Source: Myxococcota bacterium (GTDB taxonomy: Bacteria > Myxococcota_A > UBA9160 > UBA6930). Taken from it: 64,000 nt of DNA. The stretch covers positions 3,583-67,582 of the forward strand of contig DATBRS010000135.1 in assembly GCA_036560185.1 (NCBI GenBank), written 5' to 3'. Positions 1-8,889 of the stretch are shown one piece after another. Positions within the stretch are counted from its first letter, which is position 1, and the number at the start of each line of letters is the position of its first letter. The translations under genes were made by a program, and so were the position numbers. The notes below the pieces were generated by a model. The model saw only the letters and a program-made list of their open reading frames with translations. It did no database searches and was not told the origin of the DNA.

Positions 1-892
1 CGCGGCCGGTGTCGCGAATCGACACCGCGAGCGTGGGCAGCGGCTTGCCGTCGTCGAGCGCGATGCGGTGGTCGAGCGTCATGCGCGTGGTGACGGTCAG
101 CGAGCCGCCGCGTCCCTCCATCGCCTGCAGCGAGTTCCGTAACAGATTGAGGAAGACCTGGATCAGACGATCGGCGTCGGCGGCGAGCTCGGGGATCGAC
201 GGGTCGTAGGCGCGTTCGATCTCGACGGCCTCGCCGAGCGGGTCGTGGGAGAGCAGCGCGAGCACGCCGTCGAGCACGCGGTGGATGTTCGTGTGCGCGA
301 GCCGCAGCTTGTCGCGACGCGCGAACACCATGAAATCGTCGACCAGCGCGGCGATGCGCGTCGCCTCGCGCACGATCAGGCCCGCGGTCTCCTTGGTCTT
401 CGCGTCGCTCGCGCGCTGCGCGAGGATCTCGCCCGCGCCGCGAATGCCGCCGAGGGGGTTCTTGACCTCGTGGGCGAGCCCCGCGGCGATGCGTCCGAAC
501 GCCTCGAAGCGCTCGCGCTCGCTCTCCAGCTGCTCGAGGCGCCGGTGCGCGCTGCGATCCCGCAGCACCACGACGGCGCCCTGGGTCTCGCCGCTCTCGG
601 CCTGAAGGGGCGAGGCGGACACGTCGATCGGCACGCGCTCGCCGCGTTGCGGCTCGAGCTCGCAATCCGCCGCCGAGATCGCACTGCCGCGCGAGAGCAC
701 GCTGCGCGCCAGGCGAGCGATCTCGTGACCGGGCGGAACGAGCTCGTCGATCGCGCAGCCGAGGGAGGTCTCGCGCGAGCGGCCCAGCAGCCGGCAGGCG
801 ACCGAGTTCAGCTCCTCGACACGCCCGGCCGGCCCGACCACGACGACGCCAGCCAGGATGGCTTCGAGCACGTCGGTGAGGTCGCGGCGCAT
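1..892 (-). CDS. PAS-domain sensor histidine kinase, NtrB-like (N-terminal part; 3' end lies beyond the window start)
   Basis: Absent from the ORF track because it runs off the edge. My translation of the minus strand from ATG 892-890 gives MRRDLTDVLEAILAGVVVVGPAGRVEELN (PAS). It continues with H-box AAGLAHEVKNPLGGIRGAGEIL, YDPSIPEL and N-box LNLLRNSLQAM, collinear with NtrB/NR(II)-type kinases. Track ORF 245-907 (+) is its antisense shadow. Confidence 0.85.
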   Translation of the reverse strand, partial: MRRDLTDVLEAILAGVVVVGPAGRVEELNSVACRLLGRSRETSLGCAIDELVPPGHEIARLARSVLSRGSAISAADCELEPQRGERVPIDVSASPLQAESGETQGAVVVLRDRSAHRRLEQLESERERFEAFGRIAAGLAHEVKNPLGGIRGAGEILAQRASDAKTKETAGLIVREATRIAALVDDFMVFARRDKLRLAHTNIHRVLDGVLALLSHDPLGEAVEIERAYDPSIPELAADADRLIQVFLNLLRNSLQAMEGRGGSLTVTTRMTLDHRIALDDGKPLPTLAVSIRDTGR

Positions 893-928
893 GGCGCGGG
901 ACGATAGGGAGCTTCGCCGGGGAGGCGA

Positions 929-1123
929 GGGACGCTCGTTCACAGGATTCACCGCGAGGCGGGGACAGTTCGTTAACGAAGTCAGTCGGGCGGACGACCT
1001 CGGACAAGGGCGATCGCAGCCAGGCGGCAGATCGTGTGCGGAATCCGCTCGCTTGCGACCGGCTCCGTCGTTCTGTGAACCAACGTCCCCGCCCGTTCGT
1101 GAAGCTCGTGAACGAACGTCCCC
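929..1123. promoter_or_regulatory. Four copies of a GTGAAC(G/C)AACGTCCCC-type motif in mirror-image arrangement, two facing each divergent gene; candidate shared promoter/operator
   Basis: Plus strand: 1075-1103 GTGAACCAACGTCCCCGCCCGTTCGTGAA, 4-nt linker, 1108-1123 GTGAACGAACGTCCCC. Minus strand: 977-948 GTTAACGAACTGTCCCCGCCTCGCGGTGAA, 4-nt linker, 943-929 GTGAACGAGCGTCCC. The function is inferred, not shown. Confidence 0.5.
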
Positions 1124-1153
1124 AAGCGCCGGCGCGCGCGATACGTTGCCGCG

Positions 1154-2392
1154 ATGCGAACGGGCATCTCGGTAGCCGAAGCGCGCGCGATCGTGCTGGA
1201 AGCGGCACGGCCGCTCGCGCCCGAGGTCGTGGCGTTCGAGGAGGCGCTCGGGCGCGTGCTCGCGGAGGAGGTGCGCTCGGAGCGCACGCTGCCGCCCGCG
1301 GATTGCTCGGCGATGGACGGCTACGCCGTGCGCGGCGCCGACGTGGCCCGCGCCGGCGCGCTGCTGCGGGTCGCGTTCGAGGTCGCCGCGGGCGCGCAGG
1401 CGCCGCGCGCGCTCGCGGCCGGCGAAGCCGCGCGCATATTCACGGGCGCACCGGTGCCCCCCGGCGCCGACACCGTCGTGCGTCAGGAAGACGCCGAGGC
1501 GCGCGCGGGCGAGGTGCGCGTGCTCGTCGCGGCGCCGCGCGGTGAGAGCGTGCGCCCGGCCGGCGAGGACGTGCGCGCGGGCGATCGCGTGCTCGCGCCG
1601 GGCGCGCGCATCGGGCCCGCGGAGGTGGGCATGCTGGCCGCGCTCGGGCGCACGCGCGTGCGCGTCCAGCGCCGGCCCACGGTCGCGGTGCTGTCGGGCG
1701 GCGACGAGCTGATCGAGCCGCACGAGACGCCGAGCCACGGGCGCATCGTTTCTTCCAACTCGTACACGATCGCCGCGCAGTGCCGGGAGGCGGGCGCGCT
1801 CCCCAATAACTTGGGCATTGCCCGCGACACGCCCGCCGACCTCGAACGCTCGCTGCGCGCCGGGCTCGGCGCGGACGTGCTCGTCTCGACTGCCGGCGTC
1901 TCCGTCGGCGACCACGACCACGTGCGTCCGACGCTCGAGAAGCTCGGGGTGCACCTCGAGTTCTGGGGCGTCGAGATGAAGCCCGGCTTTCCGGTGACCT
2001 TCGGCCGCGCTGCCAGCGGGTCGGGCGCCTTCGTATTCGGTCTGCCGGGCAACCCGGTCTCCGCGATGGTGACCTTCGAGCTGTTCGTGCGGCCGTTGTT
2101 ATTGCGGCTCGCCGGGCGCGGCGAGCTCGCACGCCCCGAGGTCGACGCCGTCTCTGGCGAGGCGTTCCGGAAGAAACCCGGGCGCGAGCACTACGTGCGC
2201 GTATTCCTCGCGCGCCGCGGCGCTGAGATCGTGGCGACCACGACCGGAAACCAGAGCAGCGGCGTGTTGCGCTCGATGACGCTCGCCGACGGGCTGCTCG
2301 TGTTCCCTGCCGACGCCAGCGAGATCGCCGCCGGCGCGCGCGCGCGCGTGATCGTGCTCGACGAGAGCTTCTTCGCGCGAGCCGCGGGCTGA
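1154..2392 (+). CDS. moeA: Molybdopterin molybdenumtransferase MoeA
   Basis: Track ORF 1154-2392 (412 aa). LPPADCSAMDGYAV near the N-terminus and FGLPGNPVSAMVTFELF are hallmark MoeA blocks. The frame is GC3-rich. Confidence 0.93.
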   Translation: MRTGISVAEARAIVLEAARPLAPEVVAFEEALGRVLAEEVRSERTLPPADCSAMDGYAVRGADVARAGALLRVAFEVAAGAQAPRALAAGEAARIFTGAPVPPGADTVVRQEDAEARAGEVRVLVAAPRGESVRPAGEDVRAGDRVLAPGARIGPAEVGMLAALGRTRVRVQRRPTVAVLSGGDELIEPHETPSHGRIVSSNSYTIAAQCREAGALPNNLGIARDTPADLERSLRAGLGADVLVSTAGVSVGDHDHVRPTLEKLGVHLEFWGVEMKPGFPVTFGRAASGSGAFVFGLPGNPVSAMVTFELFVRPLLLRLAGRGELARPEVDAVSGEAFRKKPGREHYVRVFLARRGAEIVATTTGNQSSGVLRSMTLADGLLVFPADASEIAAGARARVIVLDESFFARAAG

Positions 2393-2400
2393 GGGCGCAA

Positions 2401-3006
2401 GTGGGCGATGACTCGCGCATCGCGAACGTCAGCGCGGCGCTCTTGTTGGGCGGCGCCTCGACGCGCATGGGGTGCGACAAGGCGCAGCTCGTGATCGCGG
2501 GCGAGCCCGCCGCCGCGCGGCTCGCGAAGCTGCTCGCGAGCTTGTTCGAGGACGTGCTGCTGGTCGGCGGCGATCCGCCTGCGAGCGCGCCGGGCCGGCG
2601 CGTCGCGGACGGCGCAGGCCCGCGCTGCGGCTTGCTCGGAGTCGCGACCGCGCTCGCGGCGGCGCGCGAAGAGCGCGTGCTCGTGCTCGCGACGGATCTG
2701 ATGGCGATGACGCCGGACCTGTTGTTGGGGATCACGGCGTATCCCGGCGCCGACGCGGTGGTGCCGCGCGCAGGCGGTTTCGCGCAGCCGCTCTGCGCGC
2801 TCTATCGCCGCGGCCCCGCGCTCGCCGCGGCGCAGCACTGTCTCGCGCGGGAGAAGCTCGCACTGGGCGCGATGCTCGACCGGCTCGGGGTGCGCTGGCT
2901 CGAGGGCGAAGACCTCGCCGCGCTCGATCCGAGCGGCCGCGCGCTCGCGAACGTGAACACGCCCGACGAGTACGCGAGGCTCGCCGCGCGCGAGGCGCGG
3001 GCGTGA
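2401..3006 (+). CDS. mobA: Molybdenum cofactor guanylyltransferase MobA
   Basis: GTG start 8 nt after the moeA stop. LLLGGASTRMGCDKAQL matches the MobA nucleotide-binding loop (GG.S.RMG.DK). 201 aa. Confidence 0.85.
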   Translation: MGDDSRIANVSAALLLGGASTRMGCDKAQLVIAGEPAAARLAKLLASLFEDVLLVGGDPPASAPGRRVADGAGPRCGLLGVATALAAAREERVLVLATDLMAMTPDLLLGITAYPGADAVVPRAGGFAQPLCALYRRGPALAAAQHCLAREKLALGAMLDRLGVRWLEGEDLAALDPSGRALANVNTPDEYARLAAREARA

Positions 3007-3374
3007 GCTGGCTGCGCGCGCGCGTCGCCAGCTTCGGCTTCGCGCTGCGCGGCGTCGCCGCGCTCGCGCGCGAGCCAAACGCGCGCATCCACTTCACGGC
3101 GGCGCTCGCGGTGGCCGTGCTCGCCGCCTGGTTGCGCGTCTCGCGCGCCGAGGCCGCGTTGCTCGTGCTCGCGGTCGGGCTCGTAGTCGCAGCGGAGGCG
3201 TCGAACAGCGCGCTCGAAGCGCTCGCGAATCGCGTCGCGCCAGATCATCACCCGCTCGTCGCGCGCGCGAAGGACCTGGCCGCGAGCGCGGTGCTGCTCG
3301 CCGCGCTCGCGGCCGCGAGCGTGGGAGTGTTCGTGCTGGGGCCGCCGCTGCTCGCGCGCCTGCTGGACGGCTGA
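3003..3374 (+). CDS. dgkA: Diacylglycerol kinase (prokaryotic DgkA family)
   Basis: GTG 3003 overlaps the mobA stop (GTGA). 123 aa with three hydrophobic helices. EASNSALEALANRV matches the DAGK_prokar E..NSAIE motif. It is the C-terminal part of track ORF 2472-3374, whose upstream part is mobA shadow. Confidence 0.8.
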   Translation: MSWLRARVASFGFALRGVAALAREPNARIHFTAALAVAVLAAWLRVSRAEAALLVLAVGLVVAAEASNSALEALANRVAPDHHPLVARAKDLAASAVLLAALAAASVGVFVLGPPLLARLLDG

Positions 3375-3385
3375 GCGGCGCCGGC

Positions 3386-5938
3386 TCAGAGGCGGAAGGT
3401 CCAGCTCAGCTTCGTGGTGAGCCCCGCGGCCTGGAAACGGAAGTCGCGGCCTTCGATGTCGTTCGCGCCCTGCGATTGGTTCCAGATGATCACGAGCTCG
3501 TTGCCGGGATTCACGATCCAGCGAATGCGGCTGTTCCAGCCCACCGAATCGCTCAGGTTGTCGTACTGCACGAAGGTGTCCCAGCTCAGGTCGGGCGAGA
3601 AGATGAACTGCGCGCGCAGGCGCACGAGGCGCTGCACGAAGTCGCCGCTGCCCTCGCACGTGCCGGGCGCGCAGACCTCGTAGCTCGCGGGCAGGTCGGC
3701 GATGTTCTCGATGTACTCGATCTGCCCGAAGAAGTGCTTGCTGAGGCGCAGCTCGAGATTGCCTTCGATCGAGTGCAGGGTGCCGCCGAAGAACCCGCCG
3801 TACGAGTAGTCGAGATTGAACGCGACCGGCCGCGACTGCGCGGTGCCGAAGCCGACCTGCACGCGACCCCAGTCGTAGCGGCGCGGCGAGGAGCCCGACC
3901 CGTTCTCGCCCGGAATGCAGATCAGCGGCGTCTCGTTGATGTAGAAGCCGCTGCAATCGGGGAAGGTGTCGACGTCCTCGATGATCTCGCTGCGCGATTC
4001 GGCGCCGATGTAGACGTAGTCGTCCAGCGCGTTGTGGATCTCGAGGAAGGTCGGGTTGAAGATCAGCGTCTGGAGGTGCCCATCGAGGCCCTGCACCAGA
4101 TCGGTCTCGAGGATCGCGTCGTAGAAGCGCACGTACCCGGACTCGGGCCGCCAGCGTTTGCGCGTGAGGTTGTGGAACTGGTCGACGCCGGGACGGTTCA
4201 CGAAGCCGAGCGCGGGATCGAAGTTCTCGCCGATGCGCGCCCACGACGCGTCCACGAACCAGCGGTCGTTCGGGTAGCGCAGGCGAAGCCCGTAGGCCTC
4301 GTCGTTCGTCGAATCCATGTGGATCCCGGGCTGCCGGTTCGGGTCGTCCGGCGGGAGCCGGAACTCGCGCGCGTTGCCCGACGAGGTCGTGCGCTGCGCC
4401 CAGCCGATCAGCTCGCCGATCTGATCGCCGAACACGTGGCTCGAACGAAGCCGGACGTCGGCGCCGATCGTGGTTCCCGTTCCGGGGCTGTCGGGGTCGC
4501 CATAGGTCGCGATCACGCCCGCGGTCGACTCCTCGCCGAAGTTCCACTTCGCGCGCGCCACCGAGAGATTCTTGTTCCCGATGTTCACGTTCGTCGTGCG
4601 ATCAGAGTTCTTGTTGGGGCCGCACTCCCACTGATCCCGCTGCAGCACGGGCGCACTCAGGTCGCAGTGCTGCTCGAAGTCTTCGAGCTGCACGTTCATC
4701 ACGCCGAAGTTGAGCCGCCCGACGCGGCCGGTCATCTTCGCTCCCGCCCGAATGTCGAGAATTCCCGTGTCCGCGACGCCGATCGGGTCGGAGTAGATGC
4801 CCACCTTGCGCGTGAAGAACGGCATGCCGTTCGGGTTCGAAGTCTCGTTGAACTGGATCTGCTCGCCGATGCCGCCGAAGTCGAAGATGCCGGCGTCTTG
4901 GAGGAAGAAGTCGCGCGTCTCGGGAAAGAACAGCGCGAAGCGGTCGAGGTTCACCTGGCGCGCGTCGACGTCGGAATCCGAGAAGTCGGTGTTGAACGTG
5001 AGCGCGCCGGTGACCGAGGGCGTGAGCTTGTAGTAGACGTCGAGGCCCGGATCGAGCGTCGAGTAGTCGCGGTGGTCGATCGTGCCCAAGGCCTCGCTCA
5101 CATCGCGCTCGACGAAGCCGCCGACGGAGCCGTACGGCACGATGTCGAGGCCGATTCCCGGCACGACGCCCTCGATGCCGGTGAGCGTGCCGGCCTCCGA
5201 CATGTCGAGCGGGAACTTGTTTTGGCGCCACGACGCCCAGCGGCTGTCCTCGTTGAGGCGGCGCACGCTGCGCGTGACGTTGAACCCCCAGTCGGTTTGC
5301 GCCGGATCGAAGGCGAGCGACTGGAACGGGAACGCGAACTCGGCCGTCCAGCCCTCGGCGTCGACGCGCGCTTTCGCGAACCAGATGCCGTCCCACTCGG
5401 TGCGCACGGTCTGATTGTTCTCGATCAGCGCCTCGTAGCGGCCGCTGTTCGGGTTGGTCGAGAACATGTAGCCGTTGCGCTTGTCGTGGAACGTGTCGAT
5501 CGTGATCAGCACGCGGTCGTCGCTGCGCTGGCTCGTGTCGCGCCGCATCACCTTCTGGATCAGCTTCTCGGGCTCCGGGTCCCACGCGCGCACCGCGACG
5601 TAGAAGTACTTGTCGTCGTAGAGGACCTTGACTTCGGTCTGATAGGTCGGCTCCGCGCCCTCGTGCGGGCTCTGCTGCGTGAACGGGCCGAGCGGTGTCG
5701 CGTGGTCCCAGGCGGCGTCGCTGATGCGCCCGTCGATCTTCGGCGCACGCGCTCCCTCGGGCAGCTTCGTCAGCGCGACGGTCGGAGACATCTCGCGATT
5801 CGGCGCGAGCGGATAGGGCGGCGCCGGCGTCTCGCCGCCGGCGGCGACGGCGAGCGCGAGCGCCGCGGCGAAGCAGCCCGCGCTGCGTACGGCTCTCACC
5901 GCGCGGCTCGCCCCGCTGTGTCCCGCTGAGTCGCCCAT
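3386..5938 (-). CDS. Secreted/outer-membrane protein with CBM9-like N-terminal domain (DUF5916-type)
   Basis: The real start is ATG 5938 inside track ORF 3386-6913. The upstream 325 aa are Arg/Ala-rich shadow overlapping the thiolase gene. Signal peptide MGDSAGHSGASRAVRAVRSAGCFAAALALAVAAG. The block KIDGRISDAAWDHATPLGPFTQQSP...VKVLYDDKYFYVAVRAWD is typical of this family. The C-terminal part is beta-strand-rich. Confidence 0.7.
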   Translation of the reverse strand: MGDSAGHSGASRAVRAVRSAGCFAAALALAVAAGGETPAPPYPLAPNREMSPTVALTKLPEGARAPKIDGRISDAAWDHATPLGPFTQQSPHEGAEPTYQTEVKVLYDDKYFYVAVRAWDPEPEKLIQKVMRRDTSQRSDDRVLITIDTFHDKRNGYMFSTNPNSGRYEALIENNQTVRTEWDGIWFAKARVDAEGWTAEFAFPFQSLAFDPAQTDWGFNVTRSVRRLNEDSRWASWRQNKFPLDMSEAGTLTGIEGVVPGIGLDIVPYGSVGGFVERDVSEALGTIDHRDYSTLDPGLDVYYKLTPSVTGALTFNTDFSDSDVDARQVNLDRFALFFPETRDFFLQDAGIFDFGGIGEQIQFNETSNPNGMPFFTRKVGIYSDPIGVADTGILDIRAGAKMTGRVGRLNFGVMNVQLEDFEQHCDLSAPVLQRDQWECGPNKNSDRTTNVNIGNKNLSVARAKWNFGEESTAGVIATYGDPDSPGTGTTIGADVRLRSSHVFGDQIGELIGWAQRTTSSGNAREFRLPPDDPNRQPGIHMDSTNDEAYGLRLRYPNDRWFVDASWARIGENFDPALGFVNRPGVDQFHNLTRKRWRPESGYVRFYDAILETDLVQGLDGHLQTLIFNPTFLEIHNALDDYVYIGAESRSEIIEDVDTFPDCSGFYINETPLICIPGENGSGSSPRRYDWGRVQVGFGTAQSRPVAFNLDYSYGGFFGGTLHSIEGNLELRLSKHFFGQIEYIENIADLPASYEVCAPGTCEGSGDFVQRLVRLRAQFIFSPDLSWDTFVQYDNLSDSVGWNSRIRWIVNPGNELVIIWNQSQGANDIEGRDFRFQAAGLTTKLSWTFRL

Positions 5939-5949
5939 TCGCGCGCTTG

Positions 5950-7122
5950 TTAGAGCCGCTCGATGATCGTGCCGGTGCCGAGGCCACCGCCGCAGCACAT
6001 GGAGATGAGGCCGTAGCGGCCCTGGGTGCGCTCGAGCTCGTGAAGCGCGGAGGTGATCAAGCGGTCGCCGGTCGCGCCGGTCGGATGTCCCAGCGCGATC
6101 GCGCCGCCGTTCGGGTTCACGCGTTCGACCACCGGCTTGCACTCCTTCTGCCAGGCGAGCACGACCGACGCGAACGCCTCGTTCACCTCGTACACGTCCA
6201 TGTCCTCGATGCGCAGCTTGGTGCGCTCGAGCAGCTTGCGCGTCGCGGGGATGGGACCCTTCAGCATCGTCTCGGGGTCGACGCCGACGATCGTCGAGTA
6301 GACGACCCGCGCTCGGGCTCTCAGCCCGAGCCGCCGCACCGCCGCTTCGGACGCGAGGATCACGGCCGAGGCGCCGTCGGTCACCTGAGAGCTCGTGCCC
6401 GCCGTGTGCAGGCCGCCGTCCATGACGGCCTTCAGCGCCGCGAGCTTCTCTAGCGAGGTCTCGCGCAGCCCTTCGTCGCGCGCGACGCGCGAGCTCTCGC
6501 CGGTGGGCTTGCCATCGGCGCCCTGCACCGGCGCTTCCTGCGCGACCACCTCGCGGTCGTAGCGGCCCTCGCGCCAGGCGCGCGCCGCGTTCTCCTGGCT
6601 GCGCAGCCCGAAGCGATCGGTGTCTTCGCGCGTGATCCCGTATTCCTTGGCGATCAGCTCCGCGCCCTGGAACTGCGAGTTGAACGCGTACTGGCTGAAG
6701 TAGGACTTCGGTACCGGGCGCCCGAGCTTCTTGTCGGAGAAGTTCGCGCCGAGCGGCACGCGGCTCATCATCTCGACTCCGCACGACAGCACCACGTCTT
6801 CGAGGCCGGAGCCGACGAGCCCCGCCGCGAGCGTGCTGGCCTGTTGCGAGGAGCCGCACTGACTGTCGACCGTGGTGGCTGCGATCTCGAGCGGCAGCCC
6901 AGCCGAGAGCCACGCCGTGCGCGCGACGTTGTACGACTGCTCGCCGACCTGAGACACGCAGCCGCCAATCACCTGACCGATCTCGCGCGGGTCGAGGCCG
7001 GCGCGCGTCACGGCGGCGCGCATCACGTTCCCCAACAAATCGGCCGCGTGCAGCGTGGAGAGCCCGCCGCCGCGGCGGCCGAGCGGAGAGCGGACGGCTT
7101 CGACGACGAAGACTTCGGCCAT
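5950..7122 (-). CDS. Acetyl-CoA acetyltransferase / thiolase family protein
   Basis: Track ORF (390 aa). VVEAVRSPLGRRGG N-terminus, active-site Cys context VDSQCGSSQQA, and C-terminal GLISMCCGGGLGTGTIIE. Confidence 0.9.
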   Translation of the reverse strand: MAEVFVVEAVRSPLGRRGGGLSTLHAADLLGNVMRAAVTRAGLDPREIGQVIGGCVSQVGEQSYNVARTAWLSAGLPLEIAATTVDSQCGSSQQASTLAAGLVGSGLEDVVLSCGVEMMSRVPLGANFSDKKLGRPVPKSYFSQYAFNSQFQGAELIAKEYGITREDTDRFGLRSQENAARAWREGRYDREVVAQEAPVQGADGKPTGESSRVARDEGLRETSLEKLAALKAVMDGGLHTAGTSSQVTDGASAVILASEAAVRRLGLRARARVVYSTIVGVDPETMLKGPIPATRKLLERTKLRIEDMDVYEVNEAFASVVLAWQKECKPVVERVNPNGGAIALGHPTGATGDRLITSALHELERTQGRYGLISMCCGGGLGTGTIIERL

Positions 7123-7226
7123 GCGGGATCCTTTCGCAGCGTCCAGCGTGCGAGCGCAGCCGCCCAGCGCGGGAAGGCGCGCACCCTAGCCCGTTGCCGA
7201 GCCCCGCGCGCGCCGCGCCGCGGGCC

Positions 7227-7706
7227 TCAGCGGTGCGCCATCTTCACGCGCTCGCCGCTGCGCGTCTTGCCGCCGGCCTTGATCCACGCCTTGAACGTGC
7301 GCGCCGAGTCGCGCGCCGGGTTGTAGACGTCCTCCTCGGACTTCCACTTCGCGTCGCCTGCGTACACGAGCCGCGACCAATTGGGGAACGAGTACGGCTC
7401 GCCGTTCGCTTGGAACGGCTCCGGGAAGGCGTTGCGCACTTCCCAGACGATCGCGCCGGTCTCCTCGTCGACGGCCAGCCACGTGATCGGGAACGTCATG
7501 GTCGGGAACGGCGCCATCACGTCGCAGATCCAGCTGCGGATCGCCTCGCGCCCGTGGAGCTCGCCGTATGCGTGCTCGATGTAGTGAGCGTCCTCGCTGA
7601 AGCAGTCGGCCCACACGTTCCAATCGCCCGTCGTCGACGCGATGTCGCGGCGGCGCTTGTAGTCCTCGAACGCCTCGAGCAGCTCGGCGCGGCTGTACTT
7701 GCCCAT
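7227..7706 (-). CDS. NTF2/SnoaL-like family protein
   Basis: Track ORF (159 aa) with balanced composition and no signal peptide. Fold-family assignment only. Confidence 0.6.
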   Translation of the reverse strand: MGKYSRAELLEAFEDYKRRRDIASTTGDWNVWADCFSEDAHYIEHAYGELHGREAIRSWICDVMAPFPTMTFPITWLAVDEETGAIVWEVRNAFPEPFQANGEPYSFPNWSRLVYAGDAKWKSEEDVYNPARDSARTFKAWIKAGGKTRSGERVKMAHR

Positions 7707-7730
7707 GGGATCCCTCCTCGACCGCGCAGC

Positions 7731-8870
7731 CTACTTCAGCGTCGGCACGTCGAAGCAGCGCTCGGGCTCGGTCACGTCGCGAGTGCCGAGCGACGGGTTG
7801 AACTGCCGAACGCACACGTTCGGCCGCGCCGGGTAGGCGTTGACGTCGATGCGCATCAGCACGAGCGTGCCCGCAGTGCTCTTCGCGACGTTCGTCTGGA
7901 AGTCGGAGAAGACGTTCAGCACGCGGTGGCCCGCGAGCTCGCTCGATCCATAACAAGCGAAGTTCGGGTCGGTGACGTAGTGGCCGCCGGCGATCGCGAA
8001 CACGCCGGGCGCGCGCGCGAGTCGTCCCGCGCGCAGCGCCTGCCCAGGCTCGCCCGCGCCCGCACAGGTAGGCGAGTCGCCGGGCCGCGCGACCGCGTGG
8101 CCGAGCAACACGAACTGCAGCTCGGCACCGTGCTGAGCGAGGACGTCGCGTGCCCAGTCGTCCTGCGGCGCGCAGTCCGGATACCAATCGAGTGAGAGCG
8201 CCGCGAAGCGATCGGCGAAGCGGATCCAGCCGTTCCGGCTCGGCGCGCGCGTCGCGCCGCCGAGGCCGCAGCGTCCGTGCGCCGGGTGGATCTCGGGGCC
8301 CGCGCTCTGCCACTCGGGCTGCTTCGCCTGCCGCTGCATCACGTGCTGCTGGAAGTTGCTCGCGCGGTCGCCGCCGCCGGGCAGGCCACAGCCGTTCGAG
8401 CCCGCATCGCAGTCGTGATTCCCCATCGCGCCGAGCCACGGGATTCCGCAGCTCTCGATGCGATCGAGCAGGCGCTCGGCGTAGCTCCACTGCGTGCGCA
8501 CGCCGCGCGCTTGGCCCTGCACGAAATCGCCGAGGTGCAGCACCGCGGCGATGCGCAGCGCGTCGCGCTGCTCGCAGATCCACGCCGCGTTCCGTTCGAG
8601 GCGCGGCAGCTGCCAGGGAAACTCGAGCGCGCTGCCGGCGTCGGGCTCGGTGTCGACCTCGTGCTGCGTGTCGGGCACGAGCACGACGTGGAAGGCGCCG
8701 TCCTCCGGGTGAACCGCCCAGCGCGCCGGCGGCGCTCCCGGCTCGGCGTCCGGCCCTGCGCCGGCGCCGCGAGCGCCGAGCGCCAGCGTGAACGCGAGCG
8801 CGAGGCCCGCACGGACTTCTCGTTGCACTCCGCTCCTCCGAGCGGCGCAGCTTAGGCGTGCGCGTCTCAT
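7731..8870 (-). CDS. Secreted metallophosphoesterase (calcineurin-like)
   Basis: Motifs VVLVPDTQHE, LHLGDFVQG and MGNHDCD. The start is ambiguous (ATG 8918, 8891 or 8870). 8870 gives signal peptide MRRARLSCAARRSGVQREVRAGLALAFTLALGA and avoids overlapping the divergent gene. Confidence 0.75.
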   Translation of the reverse strand: MRRARLSCAARRSGVQREVRAGLALAFTLALGARGAGAGPDAEPGAPPARWAVHPEDGAFHVVLVPDTQHEVDTEPDAGSALEFPWQLPRLERNAAWICEQRDALRIAAVLHLGDFVQGQARGVRTQWSYAERLLDRIESCGIPWLGAMGNHDCDAGSNGCGLPGGGDRASNFQQHVMQRQAKQPEWQSAGPEIHPAHGRCGLGGATRAPSRNGWIRFADRFAALSLDWYPDCAPQDDWARDVLAQHGAELQFVLLGHAVARPGDSPTCAGAGEPGQALRAGRLARAPGVFAIAGGHYVTDPNFACYGSSELAGHRVLNVFSDFQTNVAKSTAGTLVLMRIDVNAYPARPNVCVRQFNPSLGTRDVTEPERCFDVPTLK

Positions 8871-8889
8871 CGGCCTATGCTGCGCGTCC

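Noticed and set aside
893-1153. Moco riboswitch upstream of moeA (and in 47610-47684 upstream of moaA)
   Set aside because: The context makes it plausible, but I could not recognise the conserved Moco-motif core by eye, and the fdxA-moaA gap (75 nt) is too short for the full motif. It needs cmsearch, so I do not claim it.
3476-5929. 817-aa plus-strand ORF
   Set aside because: It is the antisense shadow of the DUF5916-type gene, has a Val/Arg/Ala/Glu-rich repetitive composition, and carries no family motifs.
5939-6913. 325-aa N-terminal extension of track ORF 3386-6913
   Set aside because: It overlaps the thiolase gene in another frame and is Arg-rich. A good signal peptide begins at the internal ATG 5938.
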